From: Dimorphilus gyrociliatus
Taxonomy: Eukaryota; Animalia; Annelida
Assembly (NCBI GenBank): GCA_904063045.1
Contig: CAJFCJ010000015.1
Coordinates: 558,001 to 622,000, forward strand
DNA: 64,000 nt
Direction: 5' to 3'
Shown: positions 1 through 11,684 of the stretch, piece by piece
Layout: each line of letters begins with the position of its first letter
How positions within the stretch are numbered: the stretch's first letter is position 1
Translations under genes and position numbers: made by a program
Notes under the pieces: generated by a model
What the model was told of the DNA's origin: nothing
Database searches by the model: none
The model's input: the letters and a program-made list of their open reading frames with translations, nothing else

Positions 1-10
1 AAAACTAGGA

Positions 11-2476
11 ATGAAAGATTATAAAATTCGGCATGGTATAGCCCAAAAATGTAAATATGATATTAGACGATTATCTTGCATGAAAGACGCCGGAAAGCAC
101 ACTTATCAGCAAGTTAGATTGGCACATATTTTACAATGCTTGGAAAATGCTTTAGAGGAGCCTGAGGAATCCCTAAGACCAGAGTGTTTAGTCGAAGTTC
201 GAAATTTAAAGAGAGAATTATTAGAAGACTATTCAATAACACCAGAAATAATGCTAAATTGTCAATCAGAGATTAAAGGAATTTGCAAGGGTTTGGAAAG
301 AAATGGCAAAACATTACACTGTCTTATGAAAGCATCTATTCTTAATGAAAATCATCGTGGAGTAAATGAAACTTGTTTTGAAGCTTTAAAGAAATTAATG
401 GATATAGCAAGACCAAATTCTGATTTTAAATTAGATCCTCTTTTACACGAAAGTTGTCAGTCTGTTGCGGAAAAGAGTTGTTCTGATATTCAAAGTTCCA
501 GAGGTGTTTATGAATGTCTTCTTTATAAAATTGGAACTAAAGATATGACCGAAGTTTGCGAAGCTAGACTGATTGAAATGGAATACTTTGCACAAAGAAA
601 TATCCGGTTACAGCCAACACTATATCGCGTTTGCTATGGAGATATAAAAAAGCTTTGTAATCCATCAGAAACAAGCGACTTAACACCATCTCATATCTTT
701 GCTTGTCTATACCAAAAACGACGTGGCGCAGATGAAGTCGAAAAACTATCGCCCGATTGTGAACACGGAATAAAAAAAACTATGCGCTTGCGTGCCCTAA
801 AAGTCCAATTGGATCCGGAACTGGAAGAGTATTGTATAAAAGACCTGAGTTTACATTGTGGTGACAAAAGAGGAATAGGTGAAGAAATGAACTGTCTTAT
901 TGAAAAATACACGTTTCTTTCTAACACGACATGTAAAGAGGCTATAAAAGAACGTTTAGCTGATAGAATGGAGGATCCATTGGATTTGAATCAAATATTC
1001 GCTAGAGCTTGTGCTCCAATGGTAGCTAAATTTTGCCATGATATTGTTGAAGAAGAAATTATAACTTGCTTAATCAAACACAAAACAAAGGAGGATATGG
1101 ATGAGAAGTGTGCTAGTGGAATTGAGCATCATCAAATTTTAACATTAAGAGATTATCGGTTTTCAAGAAAATTCAAGCTCTCTTGCTCAAACTCAGTTCA
1201 AACTATTTGCGCAAACATAGTTAAAAAAAATGAAGTAATTCATTGTTTGTCGGAAGCTATTCATAAAGATACACTACTTGATAAACAGCAAAGAGTTGAT
1301 AAAGCATGTCGTAACCAAATTAAATTTGAAATATTATCTAGATCTGAAAGTATTAAACTTGACGCACGTTTACAAGAAAGTTGTCGGATGGATATACAAA
1401 AGAATTGCAAAGGAGTTAAGCCTGGCAGGGGACGAGTTCTTCGATGTCTTAAAAAACATATTGACAATTTGATGGATAATTGTTATAAGTATGTGTTTCA
1501 ACAAGAAAAAGATGAAAGTAATATAGGAGAGGTTGCTGATTATAATTTTATGCGTGCGTGTGACGGCATGATCAAATTTCATTGTAATAATCAAAGGCGC
1601 AACATTTTAAAATGCCTGAGAAGATTTAAAAATGAACCTGATTTCGATAGTGAATGCCGCAATGCCATACTTGAAAAACAAGAAGAACGCTCGAGATATA
1701 TAGAATTGCAGCCAGGTCTGCATAAAGCGTGCCAATCTGATATAAAAAAGCTGTGCTCTGGAATTTTAGCAGATAAGCACACAAAAGATTCGATGATTGG
1801 TGGTATGGTGATGAATTGCTTGAGGAAAAATTTTAGAATGAAAAAATTGTCGAGATCGTGTAAAGATGAAGTTGCAGTTGTTATTAGACAATCAGCTATG
1901 GACTATAAACAAGACCCTATTTTGGCTAAACATTGCGAAGTACATATAAAACAATTATGTCTGGAAGAATTATCTGGCGATTTAGATGCCGACGGAGCAG
2001 TTGTTAACTGTTTAAAAAAGAATTTCCAAAATGGAAATTTGCAAAAAGTTGACCCAAGAGACACTAATCTATGTGTTCAAGAAGTTGTTCGCGTACTCAG
2101 TGAAAGCAAAATTGATATTCATTTTGATCCTATTTTATATAATGCTTGCTCGGAAGAATTGAGACATCATTGTCCTGCTGTTTCAAGAGGAGAAGGTCGT
2201 CTTTTGTCTTGTCTCTTAAATGTTTTAAATGAAAAAAATGAAAATCTTGCTGACAAGTGCAAAAAAGAATTGGAATCAAGAAAAGAGATGTGGGAACTAG
2301 CCGCTGAGCCTCAAGTTGCTCAAAGCTTACCTGAGATGGCTCAACATGTTTCAATTAGTCCAGTTAGGAATCAATTAATGGTGTTTGGTCTGCTAATAAT
2401 TGGAGTCATTTTCCTTGGTGGTCTTTTCTGTGGGAGAGTAACCAAAAGAGTAGCTCAAGTAGCCAAAGACAAGTAA
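11..2476 (+). CDS. GLG1: Golgi apparatus protein 1 (cysteine-rich FGF receptor / ESL-1 / MG-160), C-terminal part; frame is open to the window edge, so 5' truncated
   Basis: Tandem Cys-rich GLG1 repeats (e.g. DP.L...C..DI...C, 'GRVLRCLK', 'GRLLSCL'), a C-terminal TM helix and the tail GRVTKRVAQVAKDK (human RITKRVTRELKDR). One uninterrupted 2.47 kb ORF. Confidence 0.95.
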   Translation: MKDYKIRHGIAQKCKYDIRRLSCMKDAGKHTYQQVRLAHILQCLENALEEPEESLRPECLVEVRNLKRELLEDYSITPEIMLNCQSEIKGICKGLERNGKTLHCLMKASILNENHRGVNETCFEALKKLMDIARPNSDFKLDPLLHESCQSVAEKSCSDIQSSRGVYECLLYKIGTKDMTEVCEARLIEMEYFAQRNIRLQPTLYRVCYGDIKKLCNPSETSDLTPSHIFACLYQKRRGADEVEKLSPDCEHGIKKTMRLRALKVQLDPELEEYCIKDLSLHCGDKRGIGEEMNCLIEKYTFLSNTTCKEAIKERLADRMEDPLDLNQIFARACAPMVAKFCHDIVEEEIITCLIKHKTKEDMDEKCASGIEHHQILTLRDYRFSRKFKLSCSNSVQTICANIVKKNEVIHCLSEAIHKDTLLDKQQRVDKACRNQIKFEILSRSESIKLDARLQESCRMDIQKNCKGVKPGRGRVLRCLKKHIDNLMDNCYKYVFQQEKDESNIGEVADYNFMRACDGMIKFHCNNQRRNILKCLRRFKNEPDFDSECRNAILEKQEERSRYIELQPGLHKACQSDIKKLCSGILADKHTKDSMIGGMVMNCLRKNFRMKKLSRSCKDEVAVVIRQSAMDYKQDPILAKHCEVHIKQLCLEELSGDLDADGAVVNCLKKNFQNGNLQKVDPRDTNLCVQEVVRVLSESKIDIHFDPILYNACSEELRHHCPAVSRGEGRLLSCLLNVLNEKNENLADKCKKELESRKEMWELAAEPQVAQSLPEMAQHVSISPVRNQLMVFGLLIIGVIFLGGLFCGRVTKRVAQVAKDK

Positions 2477-3128
2477 AGTCTTAAACGAAATATTAAAATT
2501 TCCAGTATTCCTTATTTAAGTTACGATGTTTTTATACGTTTTATTTTTCTAGTCTTATTTTGTTATATTAAGTTCTTTTAATGTTTTAAATAATGAAACT
2601 CTAGATACTTAATATTGAACTGGGAAGCTTAAAAAATTTATTGTTTACTTAATTATAATTGTTATAAACAACCATCGTTTTTAAATATGCCTTTTACCTA
2701 TTTTTGGAATCAAAATTAATTTTTGTTTTATTAGATTATTGCTTTAGCAACTAACTTGATAAAAGTGTGCGTTTATATATATTATAAACAAATTGAACAC
2801 AATATAGTGCATATAAGTACGCTTTATTCAGAGAATTGTTGCAAGAATCTTATTCTTAAATGCTTTATGCTGAGTCTGTTGTAAAGTGCATGTTTCTATA
2901 CGTTTCACCTTCGTCATCAAAGCTTTATTACATTTATATCGTTCTAATGTAATGTTTTTAAAAATAATAAATACATAAATAAATCAAATTAAGTTTAAGT
3001 CAACCGATTTATAACAAGATATACAAATCACTAAATTTGACTTCTTGGAATATTTGTAAAAACTGAAGGGAACTGCCAAAAATTTACGTAACATGGGAGA
3101 CATTCGTTTATGAGTCTCTGTAGTTACC

Positions 3129-6100
3129 TTATACCTTGCATTCTTGGCTATCTTCATCTAGCGTCAAATCTATAAAAATATCATTAGGCTTTTGTGAAAC
3201 CTCATCATCAGATAATTCGATTACATCCGATTTCGTTTTCCTGGTATTTGCCACGTCTATGGCGCCCTCCTTTCCAATGCTCAAAAGTGACGTAATAATT
3301 TCAGTTTCAAATTCTTTAAGATGATGTTCCTCAATTGTTACTGGTGCTTTTGGTACGTATTCAACTTCAATTTGAGAATTATTATTCTGTAATACTTGAA
3401 TTTGGCTGTTTGGCTTGAAAAGATTTTCAAAAGTAGTCATTAAGTAAACCACATCACCGTCCCCAGTATCCTCATCAACAACATCAAAATTATTCAGAAT
3501 GGAGGATTTTGTAAAATCCTTTTGATTATGGTTAACCCGTAGATGAATTAACATGGAATCAAGATTTGACAAAATATTTCCGCAATGCAAACATTTATAT
3601 TCAACCTTTTTAAGATCGATGATTTTCTCGGAAGCTCTGAACGGTTTCGAGTGAAGTCCAGTTGAATGCTGAATTATAGATTCTGTCGAAGTGTCATCAA
3701 AATCACAGTGACAACATGAAAATTTTGTTTGCGTTTTGGGCAATACAGCAATTCTATTTAATAATCGTTGTTTGAACGCTTTGAGGAAGTTCTTCATATC
3801 CGAGTTTAGATCGTCAGCACCTTTCTGATTATGTTTAATTTCGTTATGCATTTGGAAAAAGACCCAGTGTTTCGAAGAATAGTTACACTTAAAGCATCTA
3901 TGTATATTTTTAGTATCAAGATGAGATTGGTTATAATGGGTATTGAGATCTGTTTTAGAAAGTGCATAATATTTGCACTTGAAGCACCGTACTTGTAATG
4001 TGAATTCACACTTATTTATTAGATGACTGATAATTTCTTCTCGAGTTCCTGTAAAGTTACACGCCTGGCACTTTAGATTAGGTTCCGCAGTTTCCACTGG
4101 TAGTGAGTGAAAATCTTCAACATGGCTATTTAAAGCATTTTCTGATAATGTTCCGAAAGTGCAAAATTCGCATACAATGAGAACATGCCGATTCATGTGC
4201 TCTGGCATTTCCGCTTCAGAGACTAGGGTAAAACAAACTTTACACATACTTGATAGTGAAGAGGAAGTGGTTGGTTCGCATTTTACAATTAAAGTAGCAG
4301 GTTCGTCTGTTTTTTGTGACACTATCGACGATGATTGACAAGCAACATTAATACTGATTGATTCTGATGAATTACAACTCTGACTAATATTTTCTGAACG
4401 AACAGCAGATATCATGTCCTGCACTTTTTGTTTTTTACTAGTTAACTGTTCCTTCGAGGTATCTGCCTCTTCAGCAATAGCTTTTGTTGATTCAAGATTT
4501 TTGTCAGGTGTTTCTTTTTCTTCGGAAATTATATTTTCTTTATTTTCTATTTTATTGTTGGAATTCGATTTATCATTCCCAGGAGACTTTGTTGACTCCA
4601 CACAATTATCCGATATACTGGATGTTTTGGCACTTTCTTCAGAATTTTCTGTTATTGAATTGTTGTTTTGCTTATTTCCCTGAGCTTCAATATCCAGAGA
4701 TTTCGCCATTGGTATCTGAGTAGACGAATCTGTTGAGGTTTTATTCTCTATTAGAAGTAGGCTTAGGGGATTATTTAAAAGTTGAGTAATTTTGCTGCTC
4801 TCTCTTTTCTTGTCCTTTACAGGGCTGCTTAGCTTTTCTCTTTTATCAGCTAATATCTTGTCGTTAGATTTTGTATCATTCGCGATTGATTTAGGAACTT
4901 TCATTTTCAGTCCTTCAGTAATCCCCGTTTCAGTCTCGCTACGTTTTCTTTTTATATGTTTTGGTTTAAATTCAACAGAATGTTTCACTTTTTCAAATCT
5001 AAGGAGCAGCTTTTTATCTTGCTGATTCTCCTGACAATTTTCAATTGATTTCGAAGACTTAGATTTAGTTACACAATATCTTGGAAGACATGCTTCGGAC
5101 GAGTTTTTTGGCTGTTCGGTTGTTTGCTTCGTTGATGTTTTGGTAAGACTAGAGGAGGTACTTGAAGACTCAGAATTTGAATCAGTAGAGTTACTATCTG
5201 ACTGTTGGAGAAGATAGTCTACTTTATCAGTCAATAGATAATTCCAGACAGATACACAAGAACTTGTAATTCTCTTTTCCTTTTTCTTTTTAAAGTTTTC
5301 AATTATAACTTTCGGTTTCTTAAACATATGTAAGTATGTGATATGAGCAACTAAATCATGAAAATTTTCATCTTTGTGGCAGCATATCAAACATTCATAC
5401 ACATCTCTCTTCTTAGTTCCAGATATTGAGTCAGATAGTTGTTCTGACTTCCAGTGAAGGGCTAAATGTCTTTTCTTTCCAACATTGGAAAATAGCACTT
5501 TAGAACAGATTTTGCATTCAAATAAATCATTGTGTTTTTCTTTTATATGGCTTTCTGTATCTGCCATGGAAACATTCTTATGATCACAGACTGGACACCT
5601 GAAGATTCTCTTAAAGCATACTTTCGAGCCATGCATGAAAGGACGATAATTCATGAAAATAAAGGATTCACTTCGCTCTCGGTATAACTCCTTGAATGTT
5701 TCCCTTATATTAAGTTCATGAATAGTTTTTAAGTGGTGCTCGAATTTCGATAAAGATGTGAAACCTTCTTTGCAGAGGTAGCAATCAAATACTAAGTTAC
5801 AGATATTATGTATTTTCCTTTCATGATTCCTAACCCGAGCAACACTCTTCCCTTTGAAATTACAAAGAGCGCATCCTAAAGGCTCAGTGCATTTTTCTGT
5901 CTTACTAAGTTTATGAAGAACTAGCTTGTCCAATTTAACAAATGTTTTAGAGCAGGATTTACATATGAGACTCTCCTTTTCCTTCTTTTTTTCAACCTTT
6001 TCTTGGGTTTTTTTTAATTTTTTCGAAGAGTGAGGTTTTAAAATTTCTTTATTCTTTATACTTCTTTTTTTGTTTCTTTTTGGCTTTTTTGAAGTAGGAT

Positions 6101-6560
6101 GCCGCCTAAAAGCCATATGTAATAATACTTCGTACTTTGTCCAAAATCTTCGATTACAAACATTACACTTATATCGTTTAAACCACTGGCATTTAGACTT
6201 TTTTGCAAAACGAGTAATTGCAATCTTCTTAAACAGTTTTTTCACTATGGGCATATAATTTCTGCGAAGGTGAAGACTTTTCTTTCGTTGCTTTTTATTT
6301 TGGCTCCTATTTTCCTTTACCAGCCTCAAGTCATCTTTTTGAGGAGAAACATGTTCTTTCTGCTCTTTGTTATCAAACTCTAAATCTGGAAGCTCATCAA
6401 ACGCATTTTCATCAATTGTTATATCTTCTGCAACAGGGGGATCCCATTCATCTTCGATTGGTATTTTTTTTTCCGGAATTCCGTGCTTTCTTATAAGGTG
6501 TGTTCTGAGGGAATCTGTTTTCTGGTAAGACTTTTTGCATAACTTGCATTGAACTGGCAT
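3129..6560 (-). CDS. Large multi-C2H2 zinc-finger protein (1143 aa, single exon)
   Basis: Many CxxC-x12-H-x3-5-H motifs in N- and C-terminal clusters, separated by a Ser/Lys/Glu-rich linker; Lys/Arg-rich NLS-like stretches. Confidence 0.9.
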   Translation of the reverse strand: MPVQCKLCKKSYQKTDSLRTHLIRKHGIPEKKIPIEDEWDPPVAEDITIDENAFDELPDLEFDNKEQKEHVSPQKDDLRLVKENRSQNKKQRKKSLHLRRNYMPIVKKLFKKIAITRFAKKSKCQWFKRYKCNVCNRRFWTKYEVLLHMAFRRHPTSKKPKRNKKRSIKNKEILKPHSSKKLKKTQEKVEKKKEKESLICKSCSKTFVKLDKLVLHKLSKTEKCTEPLGCALCNFKGKSVARVRNHERKIHNICNLVFDCYLCKEGFTSLSKFEHHLKTIHELNIRETFKELYRERSESFIFMNYRPFMHGSKVCFKRIFRCPVCDHKNVSMADTESHIKEKHNDLFECKICSKVLFSNVGKKRHLALHWKSEQLSDSISGTKKRDVYECLICCHKDENFHDLVAHITYLHMFKKPKVIIENFKKKKEKRITSSCVSVWNYLLTDKVDYLLQQSDSNSTDSNSESSSTSSSLTKTSTKQTTEQPKNSSEACLPRYCVTKSKSSKSIENCQENQQDKKLLLRFEKVKHSVEFKPKHIKRKRSETETGITEGLKMKVPKSIANDTKSNDKILADKREKLSSPVKDKKRESSKITQLLNNPLSLLLIENKTSTDSSTQIPMAKSLDIEAQGNKQNNNSITENSEESAKTSSISDNCVESTKSPGNDKSNSNNKIENKENIISEEKETPDKNLESTKAIAEEADTSKEQLTSKKQKVQDMISAVRSENISQSCNSSESISINVACQSSSIVSQKTDEPATLIVKCEPTTSSSLSSMCKVCFTLVSEAEMPEHMNRHVLIVCEFCTFGTLSENALNSHVEDFHSLPVETAEPNLKCQACNFTGTREEIISHLINKCEFTLQVRCFKCKYYALSKTDLNTHYNQSHLDTKNIHRCFKCNYSSKHWVFFQMHNEIKHNQKGADDLNSDMKNFLKAFKQRLLNRIAVLPKTQTKFSCCHCDFDDTSTESIIQHSTGLHSKPFRASEKIIDLKKVEYKCLHCGNILSNLDSMLIHLRVNHNQKDFTKSSILNNFDVVDEDTGDGDVVYLMTTFENLFKPNSQIQVLQNNNSQIEVEYVPKAPVTIEEHHLKEFETEIITSLLSIGKEGAIDVANTRKTKSDVIELSDDEVSQKPNDIFIDLTLDEDSQECKV

Positions 6561-6857
6561 GTTCTTCTAACTTAACACTTGGTGCAACCTTCTAAATATG
6601 TTCTTAAGCCTTATACAAATCTACCACTACGTAATGCATATTCGACCCTTTAAAGTCCACTTTTTTCAAATAGTAACAAATTTTAAACAGTAAATAATGC
6701 AATTGCGTCAAGAACAGCCATGGGGTAAAATTGTAATATTTCCCCTGAACTACCAGTTTTCGTTGACGGAAATGAAATGGCGATCAAAACAAAAACTTTA
6801 GAAACAGCTTTTAACCGATTATACATAGAGATCTAATTATTTTAAAAAGTTAAAATT
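6561..6857. promoter_or_regulatory. Probable bidirectional promoter between the zinc-finger gene and SNX20/21
   Basis: 297 bp between divergent start codons; YY1-like AAATGGCG near 6775. Confidence 0.5.
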
Positions 6858-7977
6858 ATGAAAATGTCTTCGGAGGTGGATCAGTTAACGGATGATTTGA
6901 ATCAAGGACTATCATCAGAGGATGCTGAGCTTTCACTTCAAGATGATACAGAACAACTTGCCAGCTCAATATCAGGAACATTGACTTTGTCATCAGCAGC
7001 CACTTCGAACAGTGTCTTATCAAATAGCCGAGGTGTACTAAAACTATTATAATTTGGTATAATTTTGTCTAACTTTTGCAAAATATTTTATAGAGAACAA
7101 TTTAAGAATATTAGAAGAAGATTTCGATTCTATGGGATTAGATGAACCTTTCAATTTAAGATTTGATGTTATCGCAGCTAATATTGTAAGAGAAGGACCA
7201 AGTAAATTTGTCGTAAGTAATCTAAGCCCGACAGTAATATTCCTTTTCTTTCTGCTTATCCTATTTTCTTTCCAACAGGTATATAGTATCTGCTTATTTG
7301 AGTCAGCAAGAGAAAGACCTCAAAATATCACAATTGAACGGAGATATTCACAGATAGAGAGACTTAACCAATCATTAAGGAAGCGTTTCCCTCATGTAAT
7401 GACACATATTGCATTTCCTGAGAAACATTTTATTGGAAATTTTCGAAATCAAGTTATAGCTAGTCGTAGTCGAGCATTCGAGCAATTTCTTACGCATGTA
7501 TCAAGTATAGACAATCTGAGACAATCAGATGAATTTAATCGTTTCTTCTATGGATCGGATTTACGAAAGGCTTGTAAACTTATGAAAATAGAACATTATA
7601 AGGAAGCAATTCCTTTGCTTCAATCAGTAGCTGTATTGCAAAGAAAATTGATAGGCGGAACAAGTTTTCTTTTCCAAACAACTTTATCTGCAATTGTTGC
7701 TTGCTGCAGCGAAGCTGAAGAAAACGATTTAGGAGCTCACTATGCTAGGCTTGCTTTGAAGTCTATAAACAATAATTGTAATTGCCCTCTCTTGCCTCCT
7801 CTGTTGGAAACTACTATTAGAATTTACTGGAAATCTGGGGAGGAAAAGAGAGAACTGGAGGAAGAGCTAAAAAGTTTACAAGATCGGGGTGTAACATCAA
7901 AAATTCGAAAGCTTCATGAAATAAGTTTGGAGCATCTGATTTGTCAATTGGAAGAGAAAGTTGCTAATGTTGTCTAA
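6858..7977 (+). CDS. SNX20/21: Sorting nexin 20/21-like (PX + PXB domains); exons 6858-7032, 7094-7212, 7279-7977
   Basis: PX motifs 'ERRYSQIERLNQSLRKRFP', 'FPEKHFIGNF', 'RSRAFEQFL'; acidic N-terminus; canonical GT-AG introns with compatible phases. Confidence 0.85.
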
Positions 7978-8267
7978 TACTGGTGTAGTACGAGATGAAA
8001 GTTAAAATTATCTAAAACTTTCCAATATAAAGAGAAAAGTTAAAAGTAAGAATGAAAAGAGAGGATTTTGTTTTAAAGTGTCCATAATAAATATCAATGT
8101 ATAAGAGAAATGTTGAATAATTTAAGAAAACACAAAAGTTGCGGCTTCATATGCATAATTGAACACTGTACTCTACCAGTTTTCTCAAGGAAATACTTCA
8201 CCAAAGTAGCAGACAACAATCACCAAACGTGTGCTTTGGGTGAAGGATAGAGGCAAAATCATTTAAA

Positions 8268-8855
8268 ATGATGGCTCTGCGGAAATTTTGGCAGCGAAGC
8301 GTGCACATAATTCAAAATACCGCAATATACACACCGGCAGCTAATTTTCATACGTCAGAAGCTCTTTGCTCTGCCCCGATGAAGAAGAAGAGGAAACTGG
8401 ACATCAATATAGTCATTCAGAAGGAGATAAAGAAGAAAAGAAAATTAGAGAAGCAGATTAGAAGATTGGAAGCCAAAGGAAGGATTCTTAAGCCTATTGA
8501 TGAAATCGTTGGAGATCGCTCGATAATGAAAACAATAGAATCTAGAAAGAGACCCACTGACAATGAAAATTCGAAGAATGAGGAAGAAGTTAAGGCTTTA
8601 CAAAGGCGATGGGCTAACTATAAGTTTGATCAACATGTTAAAGAAACTAAACAAATAAGTGACGCTATCGACTGTCAAAATGAAGCTCTAATCGAATTGC
8701 GAAAGATTTCGGAAGACCTGTATCAACTTGCAATACAGACTGATAATGACTTAGTTCCTTTCAAGAGAATCGGACCAGTATCAACTCCACCTATATCAAA
8801 TTATAATCCTCCGGATGGTGAATATATTGACACAACAAGGAAATATGACAAGTAA
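8268..8855 (+). CDS. MRPL40: Mitochondrial ribosomal protein L40
   Basis: Transit-like N-terminus, 'PMKKKRKLD', 'KRKLEKQIRRLE', 'LKPIDE', 'GPVSTPPISNYNPPDGEYIDTT'. Confidence 0.92.
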   Translation: MMALRKFWQRSVHIIQNTAIYTPAANFHTSEALCSAPMKKKRKLDINIVIQKEIKKKRKLEKQIRRLEAKGRILKPIDEIVGDRSIMKTIESRKRPTDNENSKNEEEVKALQRRWANYKFDQHVKETKQISDAIDCQNEALIELRKISEDLYQLAIQTDNDLVPFKRIGPVSTPPISNYNPPDGEYIDTTRKYDK

Positions 8856-9005
8856 ATTGGGAAGGTCGACCGAAGGTCGGACTGTTCCTTTGGATTTATT
8901 CTTTAGTTTACATAAATGACATGTTTATTTCATAACTTTGAAAACTTAATAAAAGTTTCGGAGACAATATAATTAACAAATGAGTAGACTTTTTTTATGG
9001 CAGCA

Positions 9006-9249
9006 TTATATTTTAAAACCCATATCTCTCATACACTGTTTGTGGGCTTCAATCTCTTTTGAGCAGTAACTTTCTCCTTTCTCCATAATGCTATATTTAA
9101 ATAATTTAATCACTTTTAGAATAAGAAAAATAGAGGTAGTTCTTGTGAAATACTTGCCATGCGTCTCTAACTTTTTTTGTTTCAGGACACGCACAACACG
9201 GTTTTAAAGGTTTTTTCTCTCCTTGGGCTTTTTCTTTGCAGTCCGGCAT
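9006..9249 (-). CDS. COX17: Cytochrome c oxidase copper chaperone; exons 9158-9249 and 9006-9090, GC-AG intron
   Basis: Spliced product [58 protein letters not shown], with the CC motif and twin CX9C. Confidence 0.95.
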
Positions 9250-9538
9250 TATTATTTTATTTTTTTCAGATCAAATAAAGAAATTTAACTTCAGAAAATA
9301 CTTTGATTTATGTATTACAATTAATAATACAGGCGTGCTCGAATGCGCAATCAGAGAACGCAACGAAATGTGAAATGTTCGTGAGCTTTTCTGTAAAGTT
9401 CGTTTTCGTATTTTGATTTTGTCATAATGAAAAACAAATAAGATTTATATTTGCAAAAATTATATTTTGCAGGCTTAAAATATTTTCAGGAAAAATCTAC
9501 AAAATTTAGTAATATTTTGCTCATTATCAATAACAAAC
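9250..9538. promoter_or_regulatory. Probable bidirectional promoter between COX17 and TAF13
   Basis: 289 bp between divergent ATGs. Confidence 0.5.
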
Positions 9539-10080
9539 ATGGCGGAAGCAATAGATCCATCAGTAATAGATTTAATTTAAGTATAATATTTCCTTTATAC
9601 CCTCCATTTTTTCTAGCAGTTCGAAGACGATGATGATTTAGATGATGGAGATCAACTATTAGAAAAGAAGAAAAAGATCTTTACAAAAGAATGTATGCAA
9701 AAATTAACAGATTTGTAAATTTTTAAAAATAAAATATTATTTATAATATCTAGTAAGGTGTATGCTTTACGGCTTCGGAGATGATAAAAATCCATATGCA
9801 GAGTCTGTTGACTTGATGGAAGATCTAGTGATAGATTTTATCACTGAGATGGTATGTTCTCAAAAAAATAAATATAAATTCCCATAATCGAAATCCTTTT
9901 ATTTAGACTCAAAGAGCTTTAGAAGCTGGTAGGCAAGGTCGAATTAGTGTTGAGGACATAGTCTACGTGGTTCGAAAGGATGTTAAAAAGTATTCACGGG
10001 TCAAAGAACTAATGATGATGAGCGAGGAATTAAGAAAAGCTAGAAAGGCATTTGATGAAATTAAGTTTGCTGGTAAATGA
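9539..10080 (+). CDS. TAF13: TFIID subunit 13 (4 exons; not in the ORF track)
   Basis: Spliced 'LRCMLYGFGDDKNPYAESVDLMEDLVIDFITEM-TQRALEAGRQGRISVEDIVYVVRKDVKKYSRVKELMMMSEELRKARKAFDE', the TAF13 histone-fold signature. Confidence 0.95.
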
Positions 10081-10441
10081 GAGATACTGAGTACTGAAGA
10101 GGTAACCTTAATCTTTAAGCTCTTTCATTTTATACTTTTTTGTTTCTTCTACTAAATTGGCAAAGGCGATTTAAAAAACATGAATTAAGCTATACTTTTT
10201 ATAAATTTTCTAATGTATATAAAAAAAACGTTGTTCCTATATCGTCGAAAAGACTGCATTTTACACAAATAAATATTGTTAAAATTAAAAAAAAAGACTG
10301 TAGTGTCACTTGAAGTGCAACTGAAAATTGGCAATTAAAACAGAGCATATTGAGGTCTTGATTCTACTCTGTTAACCTTAACCTTTTAATTAGCAGTTGA
10401 AGAAAGCCTCACATCTGTTAAATTTATCTTAAACTTTAGCA

Positions 10442-11359
10442 TCATGCATAGTCAGTCCTAACTTTGAAAGTTTTCTCAAAACTATCTATGAACAAAGGCA
10501 ACACTTCCTCAACTGGGATTTTCCTTCCAACCTCATTACTGAGAGACGTCACGCCTTTATCTTTTATCCCACAAGGTGTAATATGATTAAACCATTTCAA
10601 GTCTGTGGCACAATTTAATGCTAAGCCGTGAGAAGAGATATAACGCCTAACTTGTATACCTGTAATAATTATAAAAACGATAAGGATATTTTCCATTAAG
10701 AGACTACATAATGTTACAAAATATACCTAAAGCACATATCTTATTATCTCCTACCCATACACCTGTATGCTGAGATCGTTTACCGCAGATATTGTAATTT
10801 TTGCAGGTTTCAATAACAGTTTCTTCCAATAGTTCAGTATATTTTCGTACTCCAATTTTTAATGATTTTAAGTTTAGTATAGGATAAACAACAAGCTGTC
10901 CGGGTCCGTGGAATGTTATAAGTCCCCCTCTGCTGGTTTTATAAAATTCAGCCCCCAATGACTTTAGATAATCTTCTTCATATTGCGAAGAATAATCGCG
11001 AATTCCTATTGTATATACAGGTTTATGTTCTAAGAGAAGGATGTAATTAGCAGCTTTCTCGTTAAACACTAGCTTTTCATATTCTTTTTGCAACCGTAAA
11101 CCTCTTCCATAACTAATTATTCCGAGGCGAACTACTTTCAATAAGTCCCTGAAATATAAAGATAATTTTAAGTTAAAATGGTCTATTACAGTTTTCTATT
11201 GAAAGCTTGTCGATGAAAATGAAGAAAATTGCAGTGCAGTCTAAGGTTAATGGAGCAAATATTATATATAAAAAAGAGAATAGGGAGGAATATAAAGAAT
11301 TGAAAAAAAATAGAAAATTTCGCAACATGCAATACTATAAGAAAAATTATTTACTTCAT
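10442..11359 (-). CDS. LIPT2: Octanoyl-[ACP]:protein N-octanoyltransferase (LipB/LIPT2); 5' exons tentative
   Basis: 'LLEHKPVYTIG', 'RGGLITFHGPGQLVVYP', 'TGVWVGDNKICALGIQV', 'SHGLALN', 'FNHITPCGI'. The start MK/LHCNFLHFHRQAFNRK/LDLLK is inferred from phase-compatible splice sites. Confidence 0.9.
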
Positions 11360-11684
11360 TTTTTGATTGTTGTAGGGTTTTTTGGCAACATCGATGGGTA
11401 ATTTGAAGTGACTGCTTCTATTAAGAGAAACGTGATTGTTGTAATCAGATTTTAGTTCTAGCGTTGATAAAAACCTGTCGTTTATATTTGGTTTTTACCG
11501 ATGACAGTGTTTTTAATAAGATATTATATTTTCAATAACTTATTTAAAGGACAATTTATATAGTATATTGAATTAGTAGGGTGTCACGTTCCTGACACCA
11601 AGTTAACTTTTATGATTGCGAATTTTTCGTATTGTAATGAGAACCAGTCAGCACGAAAAATTCCGAATTTTTTTTGTTATTTAC

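Noticed and set aside
691-6258. Short antisense or alternate-frame ORFs over GLG1 and the zinc-finger gene
   Set aside because: Shadow ORFs of long real CDSs, with no motifs.
9614-9619. NAGNAG (TAGCAG) acceptor in TAF13
   Set aside because: Common feature; plus or minus one Gln in a disordered region.
11361-11372. TTTTGATTGTTG matching the 5' half of miR-315
   Set aside because: The 3' half does not match and I see no hairpin.
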